This document shows, in pieces, positions 47,384 through 57,554 of a stretch of DNA of 64,000 bases. A program made the position numbers and the translations under genes. A model generated the notes under the pieces. The model worked only from the letters and a program-made list of their open reading frames with translations. It had not been told where the DNA came from and made no database searches. This stretch comes from Candidatus Falkowbacteria bacterium (GTDB lineage: Bacteria; Patescibacteriota; Patescibacteriia; Patescibacteriales; GWE2-39-37). The stretch covers positions 206,167 to 270,166 of the forward strand of contig JAAXUA010000001.1 in assembly GCA_013336275.1 (NCBI GenBank), in the 5' to 3' direction. Position 1 is the stretch's first letter. Every line of letters starts with the position of its first letter.

Positions 47384-48201
47384 GCAAGAACCGAAGAACC
47401 TTTTCGGGTTTGAAAAAATACTGGATCGTCTGCCAGAATGGCATGCAGAAAGTCATGGTCTACCGCCTCAATTTCTTCGCTTGGTTCTTCGTCGAAGGAT
47501 TGGGCTTTTTGGTCATGGCCTATATTTGGCTTTCCATCTACAAGCAGGGCAACCAAGTGGGAAGCTACACCCTGGCAACGCTTTTATGCTATTTCGCTAT
47601 CAGCCGAGTGCTCGGCATGGTCGTCACCTCTGACGACATGGCCCGCCAAATCAATGAGGACATCAGCCAAGGGCGGCTGGTGAATTTCCTCCTGAAGCCG
47701 ATCAGCTACTCTAAGAAATTATTTTTCCAGAATACGGGCGAGATCATCATTGCCGCGATTTACACTTTGCCCGTGGCCATTCCCGTAGCTTATTACTTCC
47801 GCGACCAGCTCGCCTTCACCGCAACGCGGATTCTCCTATTCTTAATCGCTATCATGATCGCATGTTTCATGGATTTTTTCTTCAACTACCTTATCGGGAC
47901 CCTGACCTTTTACTCAGAGAACATCTTCGGCATCATCTTCCTGTCTTGGACGATTACCGGAATCTTTTCCGGAAGGGTCGTACCGATCGACCTGCTACCA
48001 GGATTCCTGCAGCACCTCGCCGACTTCCTGCCATTCAAATACGTCCTGTTCATACCGTTATCGATAATTTCCGGCCGGATCGACCCGTCAGCGGCAGTCG
48101 TCGAGCTAGGCTTCGGACTGGCTTGGGTAATCGCTCTTTGGTACGCCGGGCGGCTGATCTTTAATTCAGGCCTAAAACGTTACGAAGGCTATGGCATCTA
48201 G
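47380..48201 (+). CDS. ABC-2 family permease (DUF990-like) 1
   Basis: YR.NF, I..G.L..FLLKP, SG...P, LPF. Confidence 0.85.
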   Translation: MSKNRRTFSGLKKYWIVCQNGMQKVMVYRLNFFAWFFVEGLGFLVMAYIWLSIYKQGNQVGSYTLATLLCYFAISRVLGMVVTSDDMARQINEDISQGRLVNFLLKPISYSKKLFFQNTGEIIIAAIYTLPVAIPVAYYFRDQLAFTATRILLFLIAIMIACFMDFFFNYLIGTLTFYSENIFGIIFLSWTITGIFSGRVVPIDLLPGFLQHLADFLPFKYVLFIPLSIISGRIDPSAAVVELGFGLAWVIALWYAGRLIFNSGLKRYEGYGI

Positions 48202-48988
48202 ATATATAAAAATCTATCTCATCCGCATGCGCGCTTCAGTCATGACTAGAATGGCTTATCCTTTGAATTTCTTCATCCTGACGATTTCAGTCATCGCCCA
48301 GGGCCTGCTTTCGATCATCTTCATCAAGGTTATCTACAAATACGCGAGCAATATCTCCGGCTGGAACTATGACCAAGCCATGTTAGTGCTAGCTTCATTC
48401 TTGATCGTAGAGGGGATGATGTGGACGACCAATGCCTATATGGCCGGCATTCGCAAAAATGTCCTGATGGGCTCCTTTGACCGTTTTCTGATACAGCCGC
48501 TCAATACGCTTTTTTCAGTCTCGACCTGGCGCGTCGACCCCGAAGACCTGATGCGTTTGGTCATAGCCGGCTACATCTTCGCCAGCACCATCGGCCATCT
48601 GCACTTGCCGGCCGCCGAGCTTCTGACACGCGGCTGGGTCTACGCATTGCTGATTCTCGATGGCTATATCGTCTTTTACTCTTTGTCTTTGGCTATCAAT
48701 TCCTTATACTTCTGGTACTCGGAAATCAGCAGCATCAACATCATGTTCGAAAATTTCCTGCGCATGGCCCAATATCCGACCGACATCCTTTACGGCAAAT
48801 TCATCAAGATTTTCTTTTCGACGATTTTTCCGATCGCCTTCATGGCCACCGTTCCCGCCAGAGCCTTGGCCTTCGGTGCGGATTACCTGATGCTTCTGGC
48901 GGCGACCGCAATCGCTTTGGCGTTTTTCTTTTCGGCCAGAGCCATTTTCAACGCAGGGTTAAGAGCCTATTCCAGCGCTTCAAGCTAA
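48191..48988 (+). CDS. ABC-2 family permease (DUF990-like) 2
   Basis: GSFDRFLIQP, QYPTDI, P.AF.ATVPA, GLRAYSSASS. Confidence 0.85.
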   Translation: MASRYIKIYLIRMRASVMTRMAYPLNFFILTISVIAQGLLSIIFIKVIYKYASNISGWNYDQAMLVLASFLIVEGMMWTTNAYMAGIRKNVLMGSFDRFLIQPLNTLFSVSTWRVDPEDLMRLVIAGYIFASTIGHLHLPAAELLTRGWVYALLILDGYIVFYSLSLAINSLYFWYSEISSINIMFENFLRMAQYPTDILYGKFIKIFFSTIFPIAFMATVPARALAFGADYLMLLAATAIALAFFFSARAIFNAGLRAYSSASS

Positions 48989-48989
48989 T

Positions 48990-49787
48990 ATGAAAAAATA
49001 CGCTGCCATCATCAAGACTTCCTGGCTCCGGCAATTCGCCTACCGCACCGACATCCTGGGCTACCGCCTAGCCAATCTTTTCGACATCCTGTTCCAGATG
49101 GCGATTTGGTATGCGGTCTTCCAGACAAGCAGCGTAGTCAACGGCTACACGTTTCCGGAGATGATGACCTATGTCATCATCGGCTGGCTCTTTTCCTTTC
49201 TCACTGCCAATTTCGGTTTGGAGACGGTGGTCAACCGTGATATCCGCGACGGCACCCTGAATAATTTCCTGACCAAGCCAATCAGCTATTTGAAATATAT
49301 GGTCGTCCTGTCGATCGGCAGGGCATCGCTCGCCCTGTTTTCCGGCGTGGTGGTCCAGGCCGCCTTGATCATCTCATTCCACGGCTTCATCTCAGCGCCA
49401 CCCAGTTTGGCCAAAATCCTGTTGATCATCCTGATAGTCTTCATCGGTTATTTCATCAGGCTTTTCCTCTCCATCCTGATCGGCCTTTTGTCCTTCTGGG
49501 TTACCGAGAATGCCGGGCTTAACAGCTTTTTCAACGTCCTGATCCGCTTCCTGTCCGGCGGCTACGCGCCGCTGAGCATCCTACCCACCGCTTTCTACCA
49601 GCTGAGCCTGGCTTTCCCGTTCGCCTATATCATCTTCTTTCCGGCGCAGCTCTATCTCGACAAAGCTACCACCGCCCAGGGCATACGAGGGCTGGCCATC
49701 GAGCTGGCCTGGCTGGCGGCGCTTTATATATTGATCAAGATTACCTGGAAGCGCGGCCTTCGCAACTACGAAGGCACCGGAGCATAA
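48990..49787 (+). CDS. ABC-2 family permease (DUF990-like) 3
   Basis: DIRDGTLNNFLTKP, LSGGYAPL, GLRNYEGTG. Confidence 0.85.
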   Translation: MKKYAAIIKTSWLRQFAYRTDILGYRLANLFDILFQMAIWYAVFQTSSVVNGYTFPEMMTYVIIGWLFSFLTANFGLETVVNRDIRDGTLNNFLTKPISYLKYMVVLSIGRASLALFSGVVVQAALIISFHGFISAPPSLAKILLIILIVFIGYFIRLFLSILIGLLSFWVTENAGLNSFFNVLIRFLSGGYAPLSILPTAFYQLSLAFPFAYIIFFPAQLYLDKATTAQGIRGLAIELAWLAALYILIKITWKRGLRNYEGTGA

Positions 49788-49791
49788 CCAT

Positions 49792-50589
49792 ATGAAAAAA
49801 TACATCACCATACTCAAGAACGAGTTCCAGCGCCATCTGGCATACCGCGCCAACATTGCCAGCTATAGTCTCGGCCATATTTTCGAAGTAGTTTCGCAGG
49901 TGGTCGTCTGGACCGTCATTTTCCAGAACGCCGATATCATCAAGGGCTATACCTACGACGAGATGATCACTTACGTCGTCATCGGCTGGTTCATCCTCTT
50001 CGCCACCTCGAACTACGGCTTCGAAGAAAAGATCGCCAAGGATATCCATCAGGGCACGCTGTCTAATTTCATCACCAAGCCGATCAGCTATCTCCGCTAT
50101 ATGGCCTCGGTTTCGATCGGCCGCATCGTCTTCGCTTTCGTGGTAGTGGTCGGCATCGAGACCGTCCTGATCTGGCTGATGCGCGATCACATCATCTTCA
50201 ACCGCGATCCGGCTGTATTGCTGTTACTTTTGTGCATGGTGGGCGCCGCCTATTTCATCCGGCTTTTCTTTTCGGTAATCATCGGCTTGTTCGCTTTCTG
50301 GATCGTCGAGATTTCCGGAACCTATTTTTCCTTGAACATCATCAGTAAATTCCTCTCCGGCGCCTACTTTCCCATGGGCCTCTTGCCAGCCGCCTTTGTC
50401 AGAGTCAGCATGTTCTTTCCGTTCGTCTACACCTTCTTCATCCCGATACAGCTCTACCTAGGCAAAATAACCCTTCTGGACGGCCTTTACGGCCTAGGGG
50501 CTGAGCTGATTTGGCTGGCACTGCTTTACGGCGGAATCAAGGCGGTCTGGCACTACGGCCTGAAGCGATATGAAGGAGTTGGCATTTGA
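49792..50589 (+). CDS. ABC-2 family permease (DUF990-like) 4
   Basis: DIHQGTLSNFITKP, LSGAYFPM, GLKRYEGVG. Confidence 0.85.
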   Translation: MKKYITILKNEFQRHLAYRANIASYSLGHIFEVVSQVVVWTVIFQNADIIKGYTYDEMITYVVIGWFILFATSNYGFEEKIAKDIHQGTLSNFITKPISYLRYMASVSIGRIVFAFVVVVGIETVLIWLMRDHIIFNRDPAVLLLLLCMVGAAYFIRLFFSVIIGLFAFWIVEISGTYFSLNIISKFLSGAYFPMGLLPAAFVRVSMFFPFVYTFFIPIQLYLGKITLLDGLYGLGAELIWLALLYGGIKAVWHYGLKRYEGVGI

Positions 50590-50613
50590 TAACAATTCAC
50601 CTAAAATACTATT

Positions 50614-51597
50614 ATGTCCATCATCGAAGTAAAGGGGCTTTCCAAAACCTACGAGTACTACAAGAAGCAGCCCGGGCTCATGGCCTCGATCAAGGGCTTG
50701 TTCAAGCGCGAAAAGCTGGTTACCGAAGCGGTCAAGGATATCAGTTTGACGATCGAAGAAGGGGAACTGATCGGCTTTCTCGGTCCCAACGGCGCCGGCA
50801 AGACCACGACCTTGAAGATGCTCTCCGGTATCCTGCATCCTTCATCAGGCGAGGCCAAAGTCCTGGGCTTTACCCCGCACAAGCGGCAGAAGGAATACCA
50901 GAAGCAATTCGCCTTGGTTATGGGACAGAAGAATCAGCTGTGGTGGGATCTACCAGCCATGGACAGTTTCATCCTCAACAAGGAAATTTACGAAGTGCCG
51001 GATGAAGAGTTCAAAAGCAGCCTGGAAGAGCTGACCACGCTCTTGGAAATCAAGGACATCCTGGACGTCCAAGTGCGCAAGCTATCACTGGGTCAGCGAA
51101 TGAAGTGCGAGCTAGTCGCCGCTTTGCTGCATCAGCCGCGCATCCTGTTCCTGGACGAGCCGACCATCGGCCTTGACGTCGTCGCCCAGAAAAACATCCG
51201 CGACTTCATCAAGAAATACAACCGCGAAAAGAAGACGACCATCATCCTGACTTCCCATTACATGGACGACATCAAGGAGCTTTGCAAGAGAGTCGTCATC
51301 ATCGACCACGGCCAGATCGGCTACGACGGCCTGCTTGAGGATCTGATCAAACACTACGCCCCCTACAAGACCTTAAAGATCACTTTCAACGACCAAGGCG
51401 TTACCAGGGAAGAGGTTGAGCCTTTCGGCAATATCCAGAAATTCAACCGCTACGAGGCTTGGATCGAAGTCGAACGCGACCAGGTCAAGCAAGCCGCTAC
51501 CAGCATCCTCTCCTCCGACCTGCCGGTGGACGACATCCTGATCGACGAGGTCGATATCGACGAAGTCATCCGCAAGATATTCAAAGAGAAAAAATAA
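50614..51597 (+). CDS. ABC transporter ATP-binding protein
   Basis: GPNGAGKTT, LSLGQRM, LFLDEPTIGLD, TSHYM. Confidence 0.95.
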   Translation: MSIIEVKGLSKTYEYYKKQPGLMASIKGLFKREKLVTEAVKDISLTIEEGELIGFLGPNGAGKTTTLKMLSGILHPSSGEAKVLGFTPHKRQKEYQKQFALVMGQKNQLWWDLPAMDSFILNKEIYEVPDEEFKSSLEELTTLLEIKDILDVQVRKLSLGQRMKCELVAALLHQPRILFLDEPTIGLDVVAQKNIRDFIKKYNREKKTTIILTSHYMDDIKELCKRVVIIDHGQIGYDGLLEDLIKHYAPYKTLKITFNDQGVTREEVEPFGNIQKFNRYEAWIEVERDQVKQAATSILSSDLPVDDILIDEVDIDEVIRKIFKEKK

Positions 51598-52043
51598 TGA
51601 AAAACCTCCGTTTAGCCACGATATTATCGCTTGTTTTCATCCTCTCCGGCTGCGCCTCAAGCAAGCAGGGGTCTGGCATGCCGTATCTCACGGTCGGCGG
51701 AAAGACGGTCGAAATCGAGCTGGCGCGAACCAGCGCCGAACGCATCAAGGGTCTTTCCGGCCACGCACCGCTCAAGCAGAACCAGGGCATGCTCTTCGTC
51801 TTCAACGAGTACACGCCTCGGACATTCTGGATGAAGGACATGCTTTTTCCGCTAGACATCATCTGGATCAAGGATGACACGGTCACCAAAATCTCGCCCG
51901 ATCTGCCACCCGAGGGAAGTAATCCGCAAAAACTCTATGAATCCGGCGAAGCAGTCAACTATGTCCTCGAGGTCTCTGCCGGCTGGGCACAGATGAACAA
52001 GATAAAAGCCGGCGACAAGGTTTCCTATCACTATGATCAATAA
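51597..52043 (+). CDS. DUF192 domain lipoprotein
   Basis: TAATG-coupled start; lipobox LSGC; GMLFVF, FWMKDMLFPLDIIW, YVLEV. Confidence 0.88.
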   Translation: MKNLRLATILSLVFILSGCASSKQGSGMPYLTVGGKTVEIELARTSAERIKGLSGHAPLKQNQGMLFVFNEYTPRTFWMKDMLFPLDIIWIKDDTVTKISPDLPPEGSNPQKLYESGEAVNYVLEVSAGWAQMNKIKAGDKVSYHYDQ

Positions 52044-53577
52044 TTTTTCCATCTTCAAGAAAGTTCTAGCCGCTTTGTTTCTGGCCGAGCTTTTTTCCTA
52101 TTACAGCTACTCCATCCCGCAGATGAGCGCTTGGACCTTTTGGCTTTTGGCAGCCTCCTTTCTGGCTGTTGCTGTTTGGCGGCTTGAAGCTGGCATCCTG
52201 ATCGTCTTGGCCGAGCTTTTCATCGGCTCAAAGGGCTACCTCTATTTTATTGAGCTGGGCGGCTTCAAAATCTCAATCCGCATCGCTTTCTGGTCGATCT
52301 TGATGCTTGTCTGGCTTGTCCGTCTCGGCATCAATCTTTGGCACGAACGCGGCCTCAAGCCGATGATTCAGAGAGCCAAAAAATCGCGTTTCGGACTCGC
52401 TTTCGCGGCTTTGTTTATCTTCATTGCCTGGGGCGCGCTCAACGGCTGGCTCAACCAACCTAGTCTCCGAGGCGTCTTTCTGGATGCTAACGCTTGGATC
52501 TATTTCGGTTTAGTCTTTCCGCTTTACTGGATCAGGAGAAACGAAGGCCTAGCCGAAAAAATCTGGTCGGTCTTCTGGGCGGCTACCACCTGGCTCTCGA
52601 TCAAAACACTTTTCCTGCTTTACATCTTTTCCCACGGACAGACGCTCCTGATCTTCTCTCTCTACCATTGGGTTCGCGATACCGGCGTCGGCGAGATTAC
52701 GCAGATCGAAGGCGGCTTCTACCGTATCTTCATCCAATCGCAGATATATAATCTCTTCGCCTTCTTCTTCGCCCTGTGCTGGCTGGCTGCCGGCGGTTTC
52801 GGCAAGAAAACCATCGCCTATCTCCGCGAACGGCAATCCAAAATAATCTTAAGCCTGCTAGCGCTCAATCTCGGCACCATCCTCCTGAGCTTTTCGCGCA
52901 GCTTTTGGGTCGGCGCGGCTGCCGGCCTAGCAGCATTAGCCATCTGGCTGCTATCAGGCCTGGGCAAGGCGCCCCTGCCATTCCTGAGCCGCTTCGCCTT
53001 TTCTTTCAAACTCACCTTTGCTGCCGTTTTTATTTCCACCATTCTAAGCGTCACAATCATCGGCGCTACCATCGCCTTCCCGTGGCCCCGACCGACCGGG
53101 GGCTTCAGCGCGACCGACCTCTTTTCCGAGCGATTGACTGATGCTGACGAATCGGCCATCGGATCGCGCTGGGCGCTGTTGCCTAAGCTGTGGCAACAGG
53201 TAAAATCAAATGCCGTTCTAGGCAAAGGATTCGGTGCCGAGGTCACCTACAAATCACAGGATCCGCGAGTCATCAAAGAGAATCCGGAAGGGAATTACAC
53301 CACCAGTTCGTTCGAGTGGGGTTGGCTTGATATTTGGCTAAAATTAGGTATTTTTGGCCTTTTATCCTATCTATTTTTACTGTACAAGATAGGTCGTGAG
53401 GATTGGCGCGATAATAGTAAAGGCGGTCTGCCTCCCGGCAGCCTGACTATTGCCATCGTAATTCTGGCGGCGGTGCATGTCTTCACGCCATACCTCAACC
53501 ACCCCCTGGGCATCGGCCTTGTCCTGATCGCCGCCGCGCTGATCGACCAGGAGAGGGATAGCGCGCTTGCTTTATAG
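52033..53577 (+). CDS. O-antigen ligase/Wzy_C-like membrane protein
   Basis: Multi-TM; LSFSRSFW, S..SR, LGKGFG, WLKLGIFGL. Confidence 0.8.
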   Translation: MINNFSIFKKVLAALFLAELFSYYSYSIPQMSAWTFWLLAASFLAVAVWRLEAGILIVLAELFIGSKGYLYFIELGGFKISIRIAFWSILMLVWLVRLGINLWHERGLKPMIQRAKKSRFGLAFAALFIFIAWGALNGWLNQPSLRGVFLDANAWIYFGLVFPLYWIRRNEGLAEKIWSVFWAATTWLSIKTLFLLYIFSHGQTLLIFSLYHWVRDTGVGEITQIEGGFYRIFIQSQIYNLFAFFFALCWLAAGGFGKKTIAYLRERQSKIILSLLALNLGTILLSFSRSFWVGAAAGLAALAIWLLSGLGKAPLPFLSRFAFSFKLTFAAVFISTILSVTIIGATIAFPWPRPTGGFSATDLFSERLTDADESAIGSRWALLPKLWQQVKSNAVLGKGFGAEVTYKSQDPRVIKENPEGNYTTSSFEWGWLDIWLKLGIFGLLSYLFLLYKIGREDWRDNSKGGLPPGSLTIAIVILAAVHVFTPYLNHPLGIGLVLIAAALIDQERDSALAL

Positions 53578-53627
53578 CAGGTAATGAGGTATATTTTGAT
53601 TTATAAAATTAAAAGAAAGGCTACTCT

Positions 53628-54086
53628 ATGAATGAACAAATCATCTCTCAAGAAGGGTATGACAAACTGAAAAACGAGCTCGAGACCCTGATCAAGATCA
53701 AGCGTCCGGAAATTGCCCGCCGCATCCAGACGGCCAAAGACATGGGTGACTTGAGCGAGAACGCCGAGTACTCTGACGCCAAGGAAGCCCAAGCCTTCAA
53801 CGAGGGACGTATCGCCGAACTGGACGCCACTCTGAAGAACGTTACTGTCATGAACAACCACGAAAGCCGAGAAGAGGTCAGCCTAGGTTCCGTAGTCATC
53901 GCCAAAATCGATGGCAAGAGCAAAGAGTACACCATCGTCAGCTTCAATGAGGCCGATCCGCTCGAGGGCAAAATCTCTAACGAATCGCCACTCGGACGCG
54001 CGCTGCTCCACAAGCGGCCAGGCGACACTGTTACGGTCAAGACCCCCAAAGGAGAAGCTAAATACGAAATCGTCGAAATCAGATAA
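53628..54086 (+). CDS. greA: Transcription elongation factor GreA
   Basis: GDLSENAEY, EGRIAEL, ISNESPLGRAL. Confidence 0.97.
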   Translation: MNEQIISQEGYDKLKNELETLIKIKRPEIARRIQTAKDMGDLSENAEYSDAKEAQAFNEGRIAELDATLKNVTVMNNHESREEVSLGSVVIAKIDGKSKEYTIVSFNEADPLEGKISNESPLGRALLHKRPGDTVTVKTPKGEAKYEIVEIR

Positions 54087-54119
54087 AAAGAAAGACCCGG
54101 ATAGAACCGGGTCTTTTTT
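54087..54119. terminator. Bidirectional terminator
   Basis: aaagacccgg-atagaa-ccgggtcttt with A/T flanks. Confidence 0.8.
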
Positions 54120-54624
54120 ATTGCCTGTCTTGGAGGCAAACAATGGAGCAGATTGAGGTGGTATGCAGTTTTTTCTCCTTGTTGATTATTCGGTAATGGA
54201 GCTGGCCGGTGTGGATGATAGATTTGCAGACTTCGCATCTGCCGGAGGTGCCATTGTCTATGACGGTGGCGTAGTTGATCACTCTGCGCTTCAGCTTATC
54301 TCCTTTCCTTGGAGAAAGTACTTCGATACTCGCTCGGCTGACAACGGTGATTCCGGGCAGGACATCGATCTTCGGCGCTTGTTCGGGATTAGAATCCCGC
54401 TTCTTGATAATTTCTTTCTGTCTCGCCTCGAAACATTTGAGCGAGCAAAATCCGCCCGTCTGGCATTGTCGGAACGTCTTGTCCCATGGTTTATAAATTT
54501 CTCCTCCTTCAGGGATGATTCCGCGGCATTTGGTGCACTTTTTTCCTGATTTTTTGTTTTCAAAAATCCGGCAATACACGATTTCTTTTCCGATCTTAAT
54601 CTGGCGGATATTTATTTTAGGCAT
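54118..54624 (-). CDS. Hypothetical protein with two CxxC...CSxxC (TRASH/MYM-like) zinc fingers
   Basis: CTKC...FCSLKC and CEVC...ICSIVC; AGGAGG at 54630-54635; TTGACA at 54689-54694. Confidence 0.7.
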   Translation of the reverse strand: MPKINIRQIKIGKEIVYCRIFENKKSGKKCTKCRGIIPEGGEIYKPWDKTFRQCQTGGFCSLKCFEARQKEIIKKRDSNPEQAPKIDVLPGITVVSRASIEVLSPRKGDKLKRRVINYATVIDNGTSGRCEVCKSIIHTGQLHYRIINKEKKLHTTSICSIVCLQDRQ

Positions 54625-54809
54625 ACCTGCCTCCTTGTGAATGAGCGTTTTGATAAATACCTAAACATATACCATATTTTAGCTATTTTGTCAAGTCTCT
54701 TTGACTTTAGGCCTAAAATAGCCTAAAATAATAGGACTAACCTAATTATTTTTGACTAAAGTAACACCCTCAAGCGGAGCGGATCTGCTTGGAACTTTTT
54801 GTGATTAAG

Positions 54810-54932
54810 ATGGAAATCCTACTGCAAATCATCGACTTGCCAGCGCTTTCGACCATGGGCGGATACCTGGCAATGGTAATAGTCTCCGCCTTCATGATAT
54901 TCGTGACTAACAAACTAATCTTCTGGGAATAA
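54810..54932 (+). CDS. Putative 40-aa membrane microprotein
   Basis: MEILLQIIDLPALSTMGGYLAMVIVSAFMIFVTNKLIFWE*; stops 1 nt before the next ATG. Confidence 0.45.
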   Translation: MEILLQIIDLPALSTMGGYLAMVIVSAFMIFVTNKLIFWE

Positions 54933-54933
54933 A

Positions 54934-55386
54934 ATGAAAATAACCATCTGCGGCAGCATCGCCTTTTTTGAAGAGATGGAACGTGCCAAGGAGGTCCTAG
55001 AGGCTCTCGGCCACGAAGTCGATCTGCCGCCGTCGAAGCTTCATGACGATCAAGGCAATATCATCTCGGTCCAGGATTATTATGCCTTGCGCAAAAGCGA
55101 GCTGCCGGCCGACTGGGTCTGGGACCGCAAGAAATGGGCGATGAAGACCCACTTCAACAAAGTCGACTGGTCCGACGTCATTCTGGTCTTGAATCACGAG
55201 AAGAACGGCATACCTGGCTACGTTGGCGCCAACACCTTGATGGAGATGGGTCTGGCGCTGCACCTGGATAAGCCGATCCTGCTTCTGCACCAGTTACCGG
55301 AAATATCCTACAAAGAAGAGTTGCTCGGCATGAAGCCGATCATCCTTGACGGGGACTTGAACAACATCGCTCAATTAAGCTTTTAA
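54934..55386 (+). CDS. Hypothetical protein, nucleoside 2-deoxyribosyltransferase-like fold
   Basis: MKITICGS, SDVILVLN, GYVGANTLMEMG.A....KPI. Confidence 0.65.
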   Translation: MKITICGSIAFFEEMERAKEVLEALGHEVDLPPSKLHDDQGNIISVQDYYALRKSELPADWVWDRKKWAMKTHFNKVDWSDVILVLNHEKNGIPGYVGANTLMEMGLALHLDKPILLLHQLPEISYKEELLGMKPIILDGDLNNIAQLSF

Positions 55387-55394
55387 ACATACCC

Positions 55395-56672
55395 ATGCTA
55401 GATATCAAATTCGTCCGCGAAAATGCGGAACTGATCAAGGCCAACACCAAAAACCGGCTAGTCGACATCGACATCGATGCTTTGCTGGCCACCGACCAAG
55501 AACGCCGCGGCACCGAAGGCAAGATCGACCAGCTGCGTGCCGAACGCAACCGCGTCTCCAAGGCCAAGCCGACGCCAGACATCATCCTGCAGATGAAAGC
55601 GGTCGGCGAAGACATCGCCACTTTCGAAAAGGAGCTGGCAACACTTGAGGCCAAACAGCGCGAGATGCTGCTCAAGGTGCCTAACCTGACCCACCCCCAA
55701 GTCGTCGTCAGCAGCAACGAGAACGACAACCCGGTCGTCTCGGTCTTCAAGGAGCCGACCAAATTCTCCTTCGAGCCGAAAGATCACGTCGAGCTCGCCA
55801 CCAAGCTTGACCTGATCGATTTCGATCGCGCTACCAAAGTCACCGGCGCCAAATTCTATTATCTTAAGAACGAACTGGCCTTGCTTGAATTCGCTTTGAT
55901 CCAATACACCTTGCAGATCCTGACCAAGAGCGGCTTCACTCCGGTCATTACCCCGGACCTGGCCAAGAGGGAGGTCCTGGAGGGCCTGGGCTTCAACCCG
56001 CGCGGCGAATCGACCCAGATTTACAATATCGAGAATACTGACCTGAGCCTGATCGGCACGGCCGAGATTACCATGGGCGGCTACCACAAAGACGAGCTGT
56101 TCGAAGCAGCTGAGCTGCCGAAGAAGTATGTAGCCGTTTCCCACTGCTTCCGCACCGAGGCGGGGAGCTATTCCAAATTCTCCAAAGGCGTTTTCCGCGT
56201 ACACCAATTCACCAAGATCGAGATGTTCGTCTACACCACCCCTGAACAAAGCGAAAAGATCCACCAAGAGCTTCTGAAAGTCGAGGAAAAGATCTTCAAA
56301 GGTCTAGACGTCCCGTTCCGCGTGGTCGACCATTGCACGGCCGATCTTGGCGGCCCTTCTTACCGCACCTACGACCTTGAGGCCTGGATGCCAGGCAAGC
56401 CGAACCAGGCTGGTGTCAACGGCGATTGGGCGGAAATCACTTCCACTTCCAATTGCACCGATTACCAGGCGCGCGGCTTGAATATCAAATACAAGACCGC
56501 TGACGGCGCCAAGCAATACGTGCACATGCTCAACGGCACCGCCATCGCCATTACCCGGGCCATGATCGCCATCATGGAAAACTATCAGCAGGCGGACGGC
56601 TCTATCATCATTCCTAAAGTCTTGCAAAAATATCTGCCCGGCCGCATCAAGGCCATCACGCCTAAAGCCTAA
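55395..56672 (+). CDS. serS: Serine--tRNA ligase
   Basis: MLDIK, GTAE, CFRTEAG, RVHQFTKIE, EITSTSNCTDYQAR, LNGT. Confidence 0.98.
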   Translation: MLDIKFVRENAELIKANTKNRLVDIDIDALLATDQERRGTEGKIDQLRAERNRVSKAKPTPDIILQMKAVGEDIATFEKELATLEAKQREMLLKVPNLTHPQVVVSSNENDNPVVSVFKEPTKFSFEPKDHVELATKLDLIDFDRATKVTGAKFYYLKNELALLEFALIQYTLQILTKSGFTPVITPDLAKREVLEGLGFNPRGESTQIYNIENTDLSLIGTAEITMGGYHKDELFEAAELPKKYVAVSHCFRTEAGSYSKFSKGVFRVHQFTKIEMFVYTTPEQSEKIHQELLKVEEKIFKGLDVPFRVVDHCTADLGGPSYRTYDLEAWMPGKPNQAGVNGDWAEITSTSNCTDYQARGLNIKYKTADGAKQYVHMLNGTAIAITRAMIAIMENYQQADGSIIIPKVLQKYLPGRIKAITPKA

Positions 56673-56684
56673 ACGCTTACGCCA

Positions 56685-57545
56685 ATGAGGAGGGAAAAGC
56701 GACTAAAAAAGATCGACTACAGCCGGAAGCAATACCGGAATCCTTTTTTTTCCCAAAAGCACGCCCAGGCAAAGCACCAATCCCAGGATAAGTGGCTCCT
56801 GCTCAAGGCCTTCGGCATAGCCATGGTCGTCGTCTCTATCATTTGCGGCACCTTCTGGGCCGTCTGCTACAGCCCTTGGTTCGATATAGTCAACCTATCC
56901 GTCGCCGTGCCGAAAAAAATCAGCCAGCAAGAAGTCGAAAATCTAGTCTGGGGCCAAGTGAACGGCAACCGCTGGCTGGTCATCCCTGAACGCAACATGA
57001 TCTTTACCGACACGCAGGCGCTTGAGGCTTCGCTTAGGCAACGTTATGTCTTGGGCGGATTGGCCATCAAGAAGGATTGGCCGCACGGGCTATCGGTAGA
57101 GCTGATAGAAAAGGCTTATCACGTTGCCTGGCAAGAGAACGGCAAGAAATACCTGGTCAACAAGGATGATTTCACTGCCATCGAAACCACTGACCAGGAA
57201 ATCGCCGAAAAGAAATTGCCGCTGATAAATAACGTCGGCCAGCCGAAGATAAATGACGGCCAACTAGCGGAGGGGCGGAATTCTCTGACCGCGGTGATGT
57301 CTGCCGATGACAAACTGGCAAAAAAGCCTAACCGCTTAGGAATCAAGAATTTTGAAATCAGCAACGACTTCGCCTCCGGCTTCATCGGCATCACGGCTGG
57401 ACCGAAAATAATTTTCAACGCCAGGGAAGACTTGGATCGCCAAGTGAACAAGTTCGAATCCCTGATGACGCAGGAACAGAAAACCGAGCTGGCGCAAAAA
57501 AAATACATCGATCTGCGCTTCGGCGACAAATTATTTTATCAATAA
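56685..57545 (+). CDS. FtsQ/DivIB-like cell division protein
   Basis: Basic N-terminus, one TM, POTRA-like IKKDWPHGLSVELIEK, C-terminal YIDLRFGDKLFY. Confidence 0.75.
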   Translation: MRREKRLKKIDYSRKQYRNPFFSQKHAQAKHQSQDKWLLLKAFGIAMVVVSIICGTFWAVCYSPWFDIVNLSVAVPKKISQQEVENLVWGQVNGNRWLVIPERNMIFTDTQALEASLRQRYVLGGLAIKKDWPHGLSVELIEKAYHVAWQENGKKYLVNKDDFTAIETTDQEIAEKKLPLINNVGQPKINDGQLAEGRNSLTAVMSADDKLAKKPNRLGIKNFEISNDFASGFIGITAGPKIIFNAREDLDRQVNKFESLMTQEQKTELAQKKYIDLRFGDKLFYQ

Positions 57546-57554
57546 AATACCACC

